A stretch of DNA of 64,000 bases from Macrostomum lignano. Lineage: Eukaryota. Within the stretch, counting starts at the first letter, position 1. The number at the start of each line of letters is the position of its first letter. A program made the position numbers and the translations under genes. Below are positions 25,170-37,450 of this stretch, piece after piece. The notes below the pieces were generated by a model, which saw only the letters and a program-made list of their open reading frames with translations, searched no databases and was not told the DNA's origin. The stretch covers positions 24,123 to 88,122 of the forward strand of contig NIVC01003608.1 of NCBI GenBank assembly GCA_002269645.1. Direction: 5' to 3'.

Positions 25170-26370
25170 TTTGTCGGGCACCACCAGCCCATTGTGTGCA
25201 GCCAGTTGAACCCCTCCCGATTCTCATAGCCTAGCCCACCACCCCATTCTGTGCAGCCAGTTGAACCTCTCCCGATTCTCATAGCCTAGCCCACCACCCC
25301 ATTCTGTGCAGCCAGTTGAACCCCCCCCCCCGATTCTCATAGCCTAGCCTACCACCCCATTGTGTGCAGCCAGCTGAACCTCTCCCGATTCTCATAGCCT
25401 AGCCCACCACCCCATTCTGTGCAGCCAGTTGAACCCCCCCCCCGATTCTCATAGCCTAGCCTACCACCCCATTGTGTGCAGCCAGTTGAACCCCTCCCGA
25501 TTCTCATAGCCTAGCCTACCACCCCATTGTGTGCAGCCAGCTGAACCTCTCCCGATTCTCATAGCCTAGCCCATTATCCCATTCTGTGCAGCCAGTTAAA
25601 CTCTTCCCGATTCTCATAGCCTAGCCCACCACCCCATTCTGTGCAGCCAGTTGAACCTCTCCCGATTCTCATAGCCTAGCCTACCACCCCATTCTGTGCA
25701 GCCAGTTGAACCTCTCCCGATTCTCATGGCCTAGCCCATTATCCCATTCTGTGCAGCCAGTTAAACTCTTCCCGATTCTCATAGCCTATCCCACCACCCC
25801 ATTCTGTGCAGCCAGTTGAACCTCTCCCGATTCTCATGGCCTAGCCCATTATCCCATTCTGTGCAGCCAGTTAAACTCTTCCCGATTCTCATAGCCTATC
25901 CCACCACCCCATTCTGTGCAGCCAGTTGAACCTCTCCCGATTCTCATGGCCTAGCCCATTATCCCATTCTGTGCAGCCAGTTAAACTCTTCCCGATTCTC
26001 ATAGCCTAGCCCACCACCCCATTCTGTGCAGCCAGTTGAACCCCTCCCGATTCTCATAGCCTAGCCTACCACCCCATTCTGTGCAGCCAGTTAAACTCTT
26101 CCCGATTCTCATAGCCTAGCCCACCACCCCATTCTGTGCAGCCAGTTGAACCCCTCCCGATTCTCATAGCCTAGCCTACCACCCCATTCTGTGCAGCCAG
26201 TTAAACTCTTCCCGATTCTCATAGCCTATCCCACCACCCCATTCTGTGCAGCCAGTTGAACCTCTCTCGATTCTCATGGCCTAGCCCATTATCCCATTCT
26301 GTGCAGCCAGTTAAACTCTTCCCGATTCTCATAACCTATCCCACCACCCCATTCTGTGCAGCCAGTTGAC
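25170..26370. repeat. 55-bp intronic satellite
   Basis: About 21 units of CCCATTCTGTGCAGCCAGTTGAACCTCTCCCGATTCTCATAGCCTAGCCCACCAC. Confidence 0.95.
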
Positions 26371-26462
26371 CCCTCAAGATTAGAAACATAAATTTCCTTT
26401 TTCATCGCCTAAAAATCTGGTCAAGCAGCTACACCCATAATTAAAGTTCAGCCAGTCCTAAC

Positions 26463-26661
26463 CCCAGCCAGTTCACGGTACAGCAGCCTGCCCGTGGACC
26501 AGTGAGTGGGGCTGGGGGCAGCTGGGGAGCAGCTAGCGTTGCTCAGCAGGGCGGCGCCAGAAAAGTTGCCAGACAAAATCAGCCGATCCAGGGCGAGGCC
26601 AACAGATTCGATCGCATCGACCGTTCGAACCTCCAGACTCTGCGGCGGGAGTGCAGTAACG
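26463..26661 (-). CDS. iGluR/IR exon 5 (ATD)
   Basis: SVTALPPQSLEVRTVDAIESVGLALDRLILSGNFSG...SCSPAAPSPTHWSTGRLLYRELAG; phases fit both neighbours. Confidence 0.8.
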
Positions 26662-27099
26662 CTAATGTACTATTATGAGTATAATTGTAAGATCCGATAA
26701 GCAACAAAGAAAATTTAGATTTGAAAAATCCTAGTAACAAAGTTTATTTAGTCTCTTAACGTCTGGTGACATGAAACTAGGCAAAAATACGAAGAACAAC
26801 ACGTCAATACTGTGGGTTCCTTCGGCTAAACTTGAGATTGGGATGAAGGAATAGAAGGAATGAAGAAATTTTCCTATCGTGGTGGGAACTGAGAGAGAGA
26901 GAGGACTGGGAAGGTTGTGCCCGCTGTCAAGTGCACCTATTGCTATTGGGTAATGGAGTTCTAAGTCCGTTGTCTGGAGAGGGAAAGTTGCTTATCTGTT
27001 TCTGTAAGGTTTGCTAGTGGCAATATAATAATACATGCAATTTTTGTAGCAAAAATATTTGGGTCACATCAAAATGTGAGCCCAAAATCAAATATTGAT

Positions 27100-27595
27100 T
27101 TTTCTCCCTGACTCTCCCCTTCCTTCTCCCCAACCCTCTCGTCCCTTCTCCCCTGCCCTCTCCTCCCTTGTCCCCTGCCCTCTCCTCCCTTCTCCCCAAC
27201 CCTCTCGTCCCTTCTCCCCAACCCTCTCCTCCCTTCTCCCCTGCCCTCTTCTCCCTTCTCCCCTGCCCTCTCCTCCCTTCTCCCCTGCCCTCTTCTCCCT
27301 TCTCCCCTGCCCTCTCCTCCCTTCTCCCCTGCCCTCTTCTCCCTTCTCCCCTGCCCTCCCTCCCTTCTCCCCTACCCAATCTCCACCCTTCTCCCCTGCT
27401 CTCCCTCCCTTCTCTCCTGCCCTCTCCTCCCTTCTCCCCAACCCTTTCGTCTCTTCTCCCCTGCCCTCCCTCCCTTCTCCCCTATCCAATCTCCACCCTT
27501 CTCCCCTCCCTCCCTTCTCCCCTACCCAATCTCCACCCTTCTCCCCTGCCCTCCCTCCCTTCTCCCCTGCTCTCCCTCCCTTCTTCCCAATCCTC
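27100..27595. repeat. CT-rich intronic minisatellite (CTTCTCCCCTGCCCTCTCCTCC)
   Basis: Tandem units. Confidence 0.9.
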
Positions 27596-28282
27596 TCTAT
27601 CCATCTCCCCTATAGATCTTATTCGTTTCCTCTCCAGATTTCAGGTCCCCAGTACTCCATTGTCAGTCCGGGCTCTCAATATAGAGGCAGCAAAGCTTAC
27701 AATTAAATTCCTCCCCTTCCCCCCCTCCCCCCAGTTTCATCAGCTCTCTTCCGCCACTCTCTGATATGTATATGCAAGTTCTTCAACAGGCCATGAACCG
27801 CAGCAGCCTGTTTGCACTCTCAGGAAAGCTAGCAGAAGCAGAAGAAATCAAAATGGCAGTTTTGCAACAAGATCCTCTGAGATTCTCTCTCTGCAGTCGC
27901 TACTCCATCGATTCCCACTGGAGGGAACAGTGCTACAGGTCTGAGGTTATCCCAGCTGAACGCTAGAAAACAGGAGGACCCATAAAAAGAGCATTTTTGA
28001 TTTTCTGTTTATGGCTTCCTAGATTTCTAGACCCCATCAAAGTTGGCCACCTCTATTATCGCGGATTAACCAACCGCAATAAATGAGCACTTTCGTAGGG
28101 CGAAAATCCATTTGTTAGCACTATAGAGAATTTGTTTGGCAGCAAATCCCCTGGGGATAAACTCGCTGATCTGCCATTATCCTTTTCGCACCTTGTCCTG
28201 AACGGTTTCTGTATGCCTGAGGAAACCCCCAAATCTGAGTGCTAAGGCGCATATTTTTGCAGTTCGTGACGTAGAGGAGGCT

Positions 28283-28650
28283 TGAGTGAGTCACGGCACT
28301 GATAAGTGAACTGTGTTGAGTGAGTCACGGCACTGATAGGTGAACTGTGTTGAGTGAGTCACGGCACTGACAGGTGAACTGTGTTGAGTGAGTCACGGCA
28401 CTGACAGGTGAACTGTGTTGAGTGAGTCACGGCACTGATAAGTGAACTGTGTTGAGTGAGTCACGGCACTGACAGGTGAACTGTGTTGAGTGAGTCACGG
28501 CACTGATAAGTGAACTGTATTGAGTGAGTCACGGCACTGAGAGGTGAACTGTGTTGAGTGAGTCACGGCACTGATAAGCGAACTGTATTGAATGAGTCAC
28601 GGCACTGATAAGTGAACTGTATTGAGTGAGTCACGGCACTGACAGGTGAA
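28283..28650. repeat. 34-bp minisatellite TTGAGTGAGTCACGGCACTGATAAGTGAACTGTG
   Basis: About 11 units. Confidence 0.95.
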
Positions 28651-29149
28651 CACATTTGTATGCTACGAAAAGTCAATGTAAACTTTCTCATACGATTGTA
28701 AGCATAGTTGAATATATTGATATAATATTGTTTTGAATTTTTGTGTAAAAGCAAAGATGTAGAGGTGTACACCTGCCGGCCCAGTTCTGCAAAATCTATG
28801 AAGTTTACATTTCAAAATACCAACTGTCGGCCGCTCTATAGGCTAATCCCATGCTAATCTGGCACCCACACTGCATGCACGGATACCAAAATTCTGTGAA
28901 TAAATTCTGGACTTAAAAACAATTTACGACGCCGCCCGCTCAACTCCAGGGTAGTCAAAATCCAACCCATTGTTAAGCTTGGGCTGTTTGTCAATATAGA
29001 TAGAAACTAACGACCAGGTTTAATTAGCTGTCTATGCTAATTAGCGCAGTTCAACTGCCGTTTGAAAGCAGGAATGATTCTCGTTTCAGATACTATATCA
29101 GATACCCTGATCCTCATTCTACTTAAATCCTATGAACGGAAATTCCTAA

Positions 29150-29950
29150 TCTACCTTGATGCCCAATCTACCTTGATCCCCAATCTATCTTGATCCCCAA
29201 TCTATCTTGATCCCCAATCTACCTTGATCCCCAATCTATCTTGATCCCCAATCTATCTTGATCCCCAATCTACCTTGATCCCCAATCTATCTTGATGCCC
29301 AATCTACCTTGATCCCCAATCTATCTTGATCCCCAATCTATCTTGATCCCCAATCTACCTTGATCCCCAATCTATCTTGATCCCCAATCTACCTTGATCC
29401 CCAATCTACCTTGATCCCCAATCTATCTTGATCCCCAATCTATCTTGATCCTCAATCTACCTTGATCCCCAATCTACCTTGATCCCCAATCTACCTTGAT
29501 CCCCAATCTATCTTGATCCCCAATCTACCTTGATCCCCAATCTATCTTGATGCCCAATCTACCTTGATCCCCAATCTATCTTGATCCCCAATCTATCTTG
29601 ATCCCCAATCTACCTTGATCCCCAATCTATCTTGATCCCCAATCTACCTTGATCCCCAATCTACCTTGATCCCCAATCTATCTTGATCCCCAATCTATCT
29701 TGATCCTCAATCTACCTTGATCCCCAATCTACCTTGATCCCCAATCTACCTTGATCCCCAATCTACCTTGATCCCCAATCTACCTTGATCTCCAATCTAC
29801 CTTGATCCCCAATCTACCTTGATCCCCAATCTACCTTGATCCCCAATCTACATTGATCCCCAATCTACCTTGATCCCCAATCTACATTGATCCCCATAAA
29901 CAGCAATCCCCAATCTACATTGATCCCATAAACAGCAATCCTCAATCTAC
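29150..29950. repeat. 17-bp intronic minisatellite ATCCCCAATCTA(C/T)CTTG
   Basis: About 45 units; unit matches the exon 4 donor junction. Confidence 0.95.
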
Positions 29951-30347
29951 CTTGATCCCATCGGTGAGCAGTCGGGGAAGACATCCAGCGCCCCAGCCGG
30001 GCAGTTCCCGTTGCCATCCAAGCCGAAGGTGCCGCCCCTCGCCAGCAGCAGGTTAACATTGGGTCTGGCCGCGGGAGACGCCAGCAGGTCGGCGGGAGTC
30101 AGCCCGGTGTCCAGCACCAACCAGAAGTAGTTCTGCTGCAGCAGGCCAGGCGCAGTCGCCGCCGCAGTCGCCAAGACTTGTCGCAGTTCCGCCGGAGACA
30201 GCAGGGTGACAATGTGGCGAATCTTGGCTGACTGGGACAGCTGCGCCAGCTGCTGCTGCTGCCGCGGTCCACTCTGTATGAGCAGACTGAAGCTGCTGAT
30301 GCCGCCTCCGGTGAGTCTGAGCAGCAGCTGCTCAACTACACTGATGT
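29951..30347 (-). CDS. iGluR/IR exon 4 (ATD)
   Basis: DISVVEQLLLRL...RHIVTLLSPAELRQVL...NYFWLVLDTGL...DCSPMGS; 3' boundary abuts the repeat. Confidence 0.8.
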
Positions 30348-30603
30348 CTGCCATGCGGATTTTCAGATATGGGATGCAGATTATCAGGTATGGGATATGG
30401 ATTGTCAGATATGGAATGCGGATTACCATATATGGGATTTTCGGATATGGGATGCGGATTATCAAATTTAAAAAACCTGAGGAATTAAAAAAATCAATTT
30501 TTTTTCAATATACATGTAAGCATAAGAGTTCATATTCTAGAATTGAGAGCATATACGAGCTACGACTATACGCAAAGGCATCAAATTAACAAAATTATCT
30601 CAC

Positions 30604-30714
30604 CCTGATTTCGATCGAACAGAACAGCGGCCTCGGATGCTCCGGCAGACAGCAGAGCAGCCAGGGTCGCTTCGATGAAGTCATCGCTCTGCTGACTGCC
30701 AACCAGCCCCAGGC
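30604..30714 (-). CDS. iGluR/IR exon 3 (ATD)
   Basis: GLGLVGSQQSDDFIEATLAALLSAGASEAAVLFDRNQ; phase 1/1. Confidence 0.75.
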
Positions 30715-30759
30715 CTGCGGAGCGGGCGGCGCGGTGGCGATGAGTTGAGTGACATGAGG

Positions 30760-31470
30760 AGTGACAGGTTGTGGGTGGGAGTGACAGGTTGTGGGTGGGA
30801 GTGACAGGTTGTGGGTGGGAGTGACAGGTTGTGGGTGGGAGTGACAGGTTGTGGGTGGGAGTGACAGGTTGTGGGTGGGAGTGACAGGTTGTGGGTGGGA
30901 GTGACAGGTTGTGGGTGGGAGTGACAGGTTGTGGGTGGGAGTGACAGGTTGTGGGTGGGAGTGACAGGTTGTGGGTGGGAGTGACAGGGTGTGGGTGGGA
31001 GTGACAGGTTGTGGGTGGGAGTGACAGGGTGTGGGTGGGAGTGACAGGTTGTGGGTGGGAGTGACAGGGTGTGGGTGGGAGTGACAGGTTGTGGGTGGGA
31101 GTGACAGGTTGTGGGTGGGAGTGACAGGGTGTGGGTGGGAGTGACAGGTTGTGGGTGGGAGTGACAGGTTGTGGGTGGGAGTGACAGGGTGTGGGTGGGA
31201 GTGACAGGTTGTAAGTGGGAGTGACAGGTTGTGGGTGGGAGTGACAGGTTGTGGGTGGGAGTGACAGGTTGTGGGTGGGAGTGACAGGTTGTGGGTGGGA
31301 GTGACAGGGTGTGGCTGGGAGAGTGACAGGACAGGGTGTGGCTGGGAGAGTGACAGGACAGGGTGTGGCTGGGAGAGTGACAGGACAGGGTGTGGCTGGG
31401 AGAGTGACAGGACGGTTGTGGCTGGGAGAGTGACAGGACAGGGTGTGGCTGGGAGAGTGACAGGACGGTT
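30760..31470. repeat. 20-bp then 27-bp intronic minisatellites (GGGAGTGACAGGTTGTGGGT)
   Basis: Tandem units. Confidence 0.95.
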
Positions 31471-31531
31471 GTGGCTGGGGACGCAGGAATGTTTGAAAAG
31501 TTGTTTTTCAAAAGTTGGCTTCAAGGCGCAC

Positions 31532-31675
31532 CGGTCGCCACGTCCTGACGGCAGAGGCCGCTGGGCACCCCGATGAAGGGCACCGACATAGAGTTGGCCG
31601 CCCTGTTGAGTTCGTTGAGCAAGCAGCAGCTGCCAACTCCTACGATCGCTGATGTTGGCGTTGAATTTGAGCACA
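31532..31675 (-). CDS. iGluR/IR exon 2 (ATD)
   Basis: VCSNSTPTSAIVGVGSCCLLNELNRAANSMSVPFIGVPSGLCRQDVAT; resembles the ATD 'AIIG...C...A....IPFI' motif. Confidence 0.8.
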
Positions 31676-31699
31676 CTGCGGGAGTGGGAGGTGGGACTT

Positions 31700-33320
31700 T
31701 GAGTTTCGGGTGAGATTTTTTAGACTGTGAGAGTCTGGGGTGAGATGTTTTAGACTGAGAGAGTCTGGGGTAAGATTGTTTAGACTTTGAGAGTCTGGGG
31801 TGAGATTCTTTAGACTGAGAGAGTCTGGGTTAAGATTGTTTAGACTGTGAGAGTCTGGGGTGAGATTGTTTAGACTGTGAGAGTCTGGGGTGAGATTCTT
31901 TAGACTGAGAGAGTCTGGGGTGAGATTGTTTAGACTATGAGAGTCTGAGGTGAGATTGTTTAGACTTGAGAGTCTGGGTGAGATTCTTTAGACTGTGAGA
32001 GTTTGGGGTAAGATTGGTTAGACTGTGAGAGTCTGGGGTGAGTTTATTTAGACTGTGAGAGCCTGAGATGAGATGCTTAGACTGTGAGAGCCTGAGGTGA
32101 GATTCTTTAGACTGTGAGAGTTTGGGGTGAGATTCTTTTGACTGTGAGAGTTTGGGGTAGGATTGGTTAGACTGTGAGAGTCTGAAGTTAGATTCTTTAG
32201 ACTGTGAGAGTCTGGGTGAGATGCTTTAGACTGTGAGAGTCTGGGGTGAGATTTTTTAGACTGTGAGAGTCTGGGGTGAGATTGTTTAGACTGTGAGAGC
32301 CTGAGATGAGATTCTTTACACTGTGAGAGTCTGGGGTGAGATGCTTTAGACTTTGAGAGTCTGGAGTGAGATTCTTTTGACTCTGAGAGTTTAGGGTAAG
32401 ATTGGTTAGACTGTGAGAGTTTAAGGTAAGATTGGTTAGACTGTGAGAGTCTGAGGTGAGATTCTTTAGACTGTGAGAGTCTGAGGTGAGATTCTTTAGA
32501 CTTGAGAGTCTGGGTGAGCTTTTTTAGACTGTGAGAGTCTGGGGTAAGATTGTTTAGACTGTGAGAGCCTGAGATGAGATTCTTTAGACTGTGAGAGTCT
32601 GGGGTGAGATTGTTTAGACTGTGAGAGTTTGGGGTGAGATTGTTTAGACTGTGAGAGTCTGAGGTAAGATTGTTTAGACTGTGAGAGCCTGAGATAAGAT
32701 TCTTTAGACTGTGAGAGTCTGGGGTGAGATTGTTTAGACTGTGAGATCCTGAGGTGAGATTCTTTAGACTGTGAGAGTCTGGAGTGAGATTCTTTTGACT
32801 GTGAGAGTTTGGGGTAGGATTGGTTAGACTGTGAGAGTCTGAAGTTAGATTCTTTAGACTGTGAGAGTCTGAGGTGAGATGCTTTAGACTGTGAGAGTCT
32901 GGGGTGAGATTGTTTAGACTGTGAGAGTCTGAGGTAAGATTGTTTAGACTGTGAGAGCCTGAGATAAGATTCTTTAGACTGTGAGAGTCTGGGGTGAGAT
33001 TCTTTAGACTGTGAGAGTCTGGAGTGAGATTGTTTAGACTGTGAGAGCCTGAGGTGAGATTCTTTAGACTGTGAGAGTCTGGAGTGAGATTCTTTTGACT
33101 GTGAGAGTTTGGGGTAAGATTGGTTAGACTGTGAGAGTTTGAGGTTAGATTCTTTAGACTGTGAGAGTCTGAGGTGAGATTGTTTAGACTTGAGAGTCTG
33201 GGGTGAGATGCTTTAGACTGTGAGAGTCTGGGGTAAGATTGTTTAGACTGTGAGAATCTGGGGTGAGATGCTTTAGACTGTGAGAGTCTGGGGTGAGATG
33301 CTTTAGACTGTGAGAGTCTG
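31700..33320. repeat. 30-bp intronic minisatellite GTGAGATTGTTTAGACTGTGAGAGTCTGGG
   Basis: About 54 units. Confidence 0.95.
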
Positions 33321-33349
33321 GGAGAGTGAGAACAGCTGTGTCCACTCAC

Positions 33350-33584
33350 CAGCGCCGCTCATTACCAGCGTGTCGTTGCCCTCCACCAAGCTGTAGGTCA
33401 TTCGGTGCCCATTCAGCAGGCGCCAATTGTCGTTAACTCGTCGCTTCACCGACCTGTCAATCAGACTTTCGCTCACCAGAGAATTCTCCACGACAACTGA
33501 CAGGTGAAAGTCTATGGCCGAACTTGGCCTGATGCTGAGCGCAAGCAGCAGGGCTGGAAGAAGAAGTCTTATAAGCAGTGCCAT
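33350..33584 (-). CDS. iGluR/IR exon 1 (signal peptide). The 12 exons total 2586 nt, ~861 aa
   Basis: MALLIRLLLPALLLALSIRPSSA signal peptide; donor G|GTGAGT at 33349; all 12 exons join in frame. Confidence 0.85.
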
Positions 33585-33658
33585 TAGCAGAGCAGCTCAC
33601 TGTTGAAATGAGAAGTGGTCTCAGGACGGCAGACACCTCGCTTCAAAAGAGCGACTTG

Positions 33659-33773
33659 ATTTATACGCACTAGACAGGGGACCCTGCATGCACGCCATTG
33701 GTTGGGGTTTCGGGTGCCTATTAAACCAAAATTGATACTCATTGGTGCTCTAATAAGAAATTATGACTATTGG
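33659..33773 (-). promoter_or_regulatory. Probable promoter of the iGluR gene: TATAAAT plus three CCAAT boxes
   Basis: Minus-strand TATAAAT at 33659-33665; CCAAT at 33697-33701, 33741-33745 and 33769-33773. Confidence 0.5.
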
Positions 33774-34187
33774 TTGGGTAAGATGCCAGCTAAATTCGCA
33801 GCAAGGTGTCCATAGTCACCTGGTGCCACCTGTTGAAGGTCCAGAAGCTCCGTCTGGGTGAAGCCGAGTAAGCAACAAAGTCAGGGCTGATGCAGACACG
33901 GGGTTCGACGTGCTGATGAAATTTGGAGGCTTGGCAAGGCTGCACTGAGGTGCATTGCTGATTGGCGCACAGGGGTGTATTGAATACACTGGCGCTTATG
34001 GGAAAAATCCGACCTTCTGGATGCAGAATGTTCAATATCCGGAGGGCTGGCAGTTGGTTTTTGGTTGCGAAGGTGAATAGCGAAAAAGCCAGTGGATAAA
34101 AGTTTCCGATGCAACGGGAGTAAAAATATCGCATGCAAACAGTGTTCAAGCTTACTCGTATAAATGAAACCTTAGGATTTGGCGTCT

Positions 34188-34637
34188 ATGGGAATTTCCC
34201 ACAGCAAGGTTTTCCCGCAGGGGTTTTCCAGTGGGAATATCAAGTCAAATTCAGTCGGATTTGAAATCTATTCTATTCTAGTTCTAACTAGTCTAATCTA
34301 GTATAGTCTAGTTCTAATCTAGTCTAGTTCTAATCTAGTTCTAATCTAGTCTAGTTCTAGTCTAGTTCTAATCTAGTTCTAGTCTAGTCTAATCTAGTCT
34401 AGTTCTAGTCTAGTTCTAATCTAGTCTAGTTCTAGTCTAGTCTAGTTCTAGTCTAGTTCTAGTCTATAGTCTAATCTAGTATAGTTCTAATCTAGTCTAG
34501 TTCTAATCTAGTCTAGTTCTAGTCTAATCTAGTCTAGTTCTAGTCTAGTCTAATCTAGTATAGTATATTTCTAATCTAGTCTAGAAACCTCTGCGGGAAA
34601 ACCTTGGCGGGAAAACTTCCTGCGGGAAATTCTCATG
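34188..34637. mobile_element. Foldback/MITE-like element with an internal (CTAGT)n microsatellite
   Basis: Left GGGAATTTCCC...AAGGTTTTCCCGCAGG is inverted relative to right CTGCGGGAAAACCTT...GGGAAATTCTC; TCTAG-rich core at 34270-34585. Confidence 0.6.
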
Positions 34638-35299
34638 ATCCCGGACAGTTGCATTCTGGCTAGTGTCATTTGTCTTCGCTGGTTCTTGATAGAATTTCCA
34701 TTATATATCAATCTTATAGAGTAGTTAGGCCAGGTAAAATACACGTAAATTCCGGTTCAAAACTGAAGTTGAAGCTGCCAGTTTCGCGTTATATTTCACT
34801 GTTAATTTTAGCTGTAATTTCAACCTCACTGTAAACTGGATCCCCGAGTATTCTCTCGATGATGGAGTCTGGACAATTTGCATTGCGAAGTCTCACATTG
34901 TCTGTAGATTGTCTTCCGCGCGTACGAGCCGAATACTGTAGGGAGAAACGGGAGGATATTAGATTTCCATCAGTTATGTTGATGAAGGCAAAAGGCTTTG
35001 TGTTTTGCATTGTGAATTTGTGATTGACCGCTGGCAAATGACAGGGCTGATGATGAAGAACGAGTACAGGTCGGACGTTTGATAAATGCAAATCGAATGC
35101 GATTTTCGGGGGATTTTTTGCGATTTTCCGAGTTATTCAATCCCCATCCATGCAAAGCTTTGACATGCTGCAAGATTGACAACCCAGCGTCTTTTGCTTT
35201 GCAATCTTAAAGATTGACAAATATTATTCATCACTTTGAGATCCTCAAGCTTCAAATTTCCTCAACTCATAATCACTGCTCATAAGGCTTTAGATGCCC

Positions 35300-36010
35300 C
35301 GAAAATTCACAATCCACAGCTCCACAATCCTCCCAGCTTCACGATATCCTTAGCTTCACAATCCCCACAGCTTCACAATCCCTACAGCTTCACAATCCCT
35401 ACAGCTTCACAATCCCCACAGCTCCACAATCCTCCCAGCTTCACGATATCCTTAGCTTCACAATCCCCACAGCTTCACAATCCTCACAGCTTCACAATCC
35501 CCACAGCTTCACAATCCCTACAGCTTAACAATCCCCACAGCTTCACAATCCCTACAGCTTAACAATCCCTACAGCTTAACAATCCTCACAGCTTCACAAT
35601 CCCCACAGCTTCACAATCCTCACAGCTTAACAATCCCCACAGCTTCACAATCCTCCCAGCTTCACGATATCCTTAGCTTCACAATCCCCACAGCTTCACA
35701 ATCCCTACAGCTTCACAATCCCCACAGCTTCACAATCCCCACAGCTCCACAATCCTCCCAGCTTCACGATATCCTTAGCTTCACAATCCCCACAGCTTCA
35801 CAATCCTCACAGCTTAACAATCCCCACAGCTTCACAATCCCTACAGCTTCACAATCCCCACAGCTTCACAATCCCCACAGCTTCACAATCCCCACAGCTT
35901 CACAATCCCTACAGCTTCACAATCCTCACAGCTTCACAATCCCTACAGCTTTACAATATCCCCACAGCATCACTATCCTTACAGCTTCACAATCCCCACA
36001 GCTTCACAAT
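35300..36010. repeat. 19-bp minisatellite CACAATCCCCACAGCTTCA
   Basis: Tandem units. Confidence 0.95.
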
Positions 36011-36569
36011 TCACAAGCTTTATCATTTTTTTGTTAAAAATCAAGCTGCTAATTTAAACAGCCAAAACAATAAAATGAAAGAAGTCCAGAGGTGCAGATT
36101 CCAAAGGCAGGATTAGTCAATAATATGCTGCAGATTGCACTAATTAGCAATTTCTAATATAAAGTAGGCAGAGGCTCACTCAGGCTCTTCACCTGCTAAA
36201 TATTTATATACTTATTTATAGGCATACACTATCTCAGAACAGGCAGTTGGCGGGCTAGCACAAACAAATATTCCATGGCGAACAAGTAGAACAGCAAAAT
36301 CAATAAAAACTTTTCATTTGTTTGCTAAAAATTGCATATTGAAAGCGGAGACACAGGACAAAGAGGCGATTCATTCGTGACAAAGAATGGTTGCGAGACC
36401 GATGTCTGCAACAACAAACAAATATTTATACATCTATAACAATATTGGTCAAATCAAGATTTTCGAGTGGCCCAGATCATATTAAATTAATCAATCATAA
36501 TATAGCTAATACTGTGCAGCCAGAGGCCTGACAGCGACGCAGATACTATAATAACCAAGATGGGTCACT

Positions 36570-36990
36570 AAGCGCATTTGCGTGTAAACTACTTTCATTC
36601 AGTATATAATGTTAAAATGAGGCGTTTTTTAATCTATTTTAAAAGACAACCCGGGGTTCATTGATTGGCTTTTCAGTCTTACCCCCACCCTCTCAGCCGA
36701 ACCCCTCTGCGCGTCTTCCCGCACCAAACCCCTCACTCCTCGCCCCGCCGCCCAATTTTTATTGCCACCCTAGCTCCAGCGTAAAAAGCTGGCATGTACA
36801 ATTGTACATTTCTGTGACGCGGGCTAATGTACATTGCGGCTAAATTGACCCTATAGCAAGCTGTTTTACGCCTGCTTGCTTTCTTTCTAAACCTAATCAA
36901 ATTAATTTCAGCTGCCTCTCTGCATAAAATAGCATATGTATTCTTACTGGCTACTGAACTGAAAGTAGAGAAACTGCATATTCCTAAGTG
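36570..36990 (+). repeat. Dispersed repeat with inverted ends (copy 1; homologous to 57340-57700)
   Basis: Shared GC(G/A)CATTTGCGTGTAA...GCTAATGTACATT...TAGCAAGCTGTTT...CTACTGAACTGAAA; TACTTTCA(G)TTCAGTA / TACTGAACTGAAA inverted pair. Confidence 0.7.
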
Positions 36991-37289
36991 GTTTATCTAA
37001 TTATTATAGTTTCTATAGATAGATTAGCGAGCGCCGCATGAATGGCATGGCCATCTAGATAAATATAAAATCAACTACTGCGGTAAGAATTAATTGGTAG
37101 CTATAATGTAGAATTAAAAAATGGGTGAAAATAGAACAGGTTTTTACTAGGGGGCTAGCTTATGTAAAATATTGCATTAGTAAAATTAGTTAAATTAAAC
37201 TAATTCTTATTGCACATTTTTTGAGTGAGTATAAAATATATGACGAAATACATTATTGTTCGCGAGCTTTAACATTTCATAGTCAGTAC

Positions 37290-37450
37290 TGAGGGGTCAG
37301 GGTCTGTGGGTCAAGATTAATGGTTCAGGGTCAATGGGTCAAGGTAAATGAGTCAAGATCCAAGGGTCAGAGTAAATGGGTCAAGATTAATGGGTCAGAG
37401 TAAATGGGTCAAGATTATTGGGTCAGGATCAATGGGTCAATGTCATGGGG
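37290..37450. repeat. GGGTCA-rich short repeat
   Basis: Multiple ATGGGTCAAG / GGGTCAG units. Confidence 0.7.

Noticed and set aside
32048-33349. 433-aa repetitive ORF, and similar ORFs at 3320, 11193, 12512, 30595, 39350, 44337-47268 and 47822
   Set aside because: Stop-free frames of tandem repeats lying in introns or intergenic DNA; no domain content
37023-37045. ATTAGCGAGCGCCGCATGAATGG, resembling the 28S sequence just downstream of the R2 site
   Set aside because: Only ~20 nt with two gaps and no flanking similarity; could be chance
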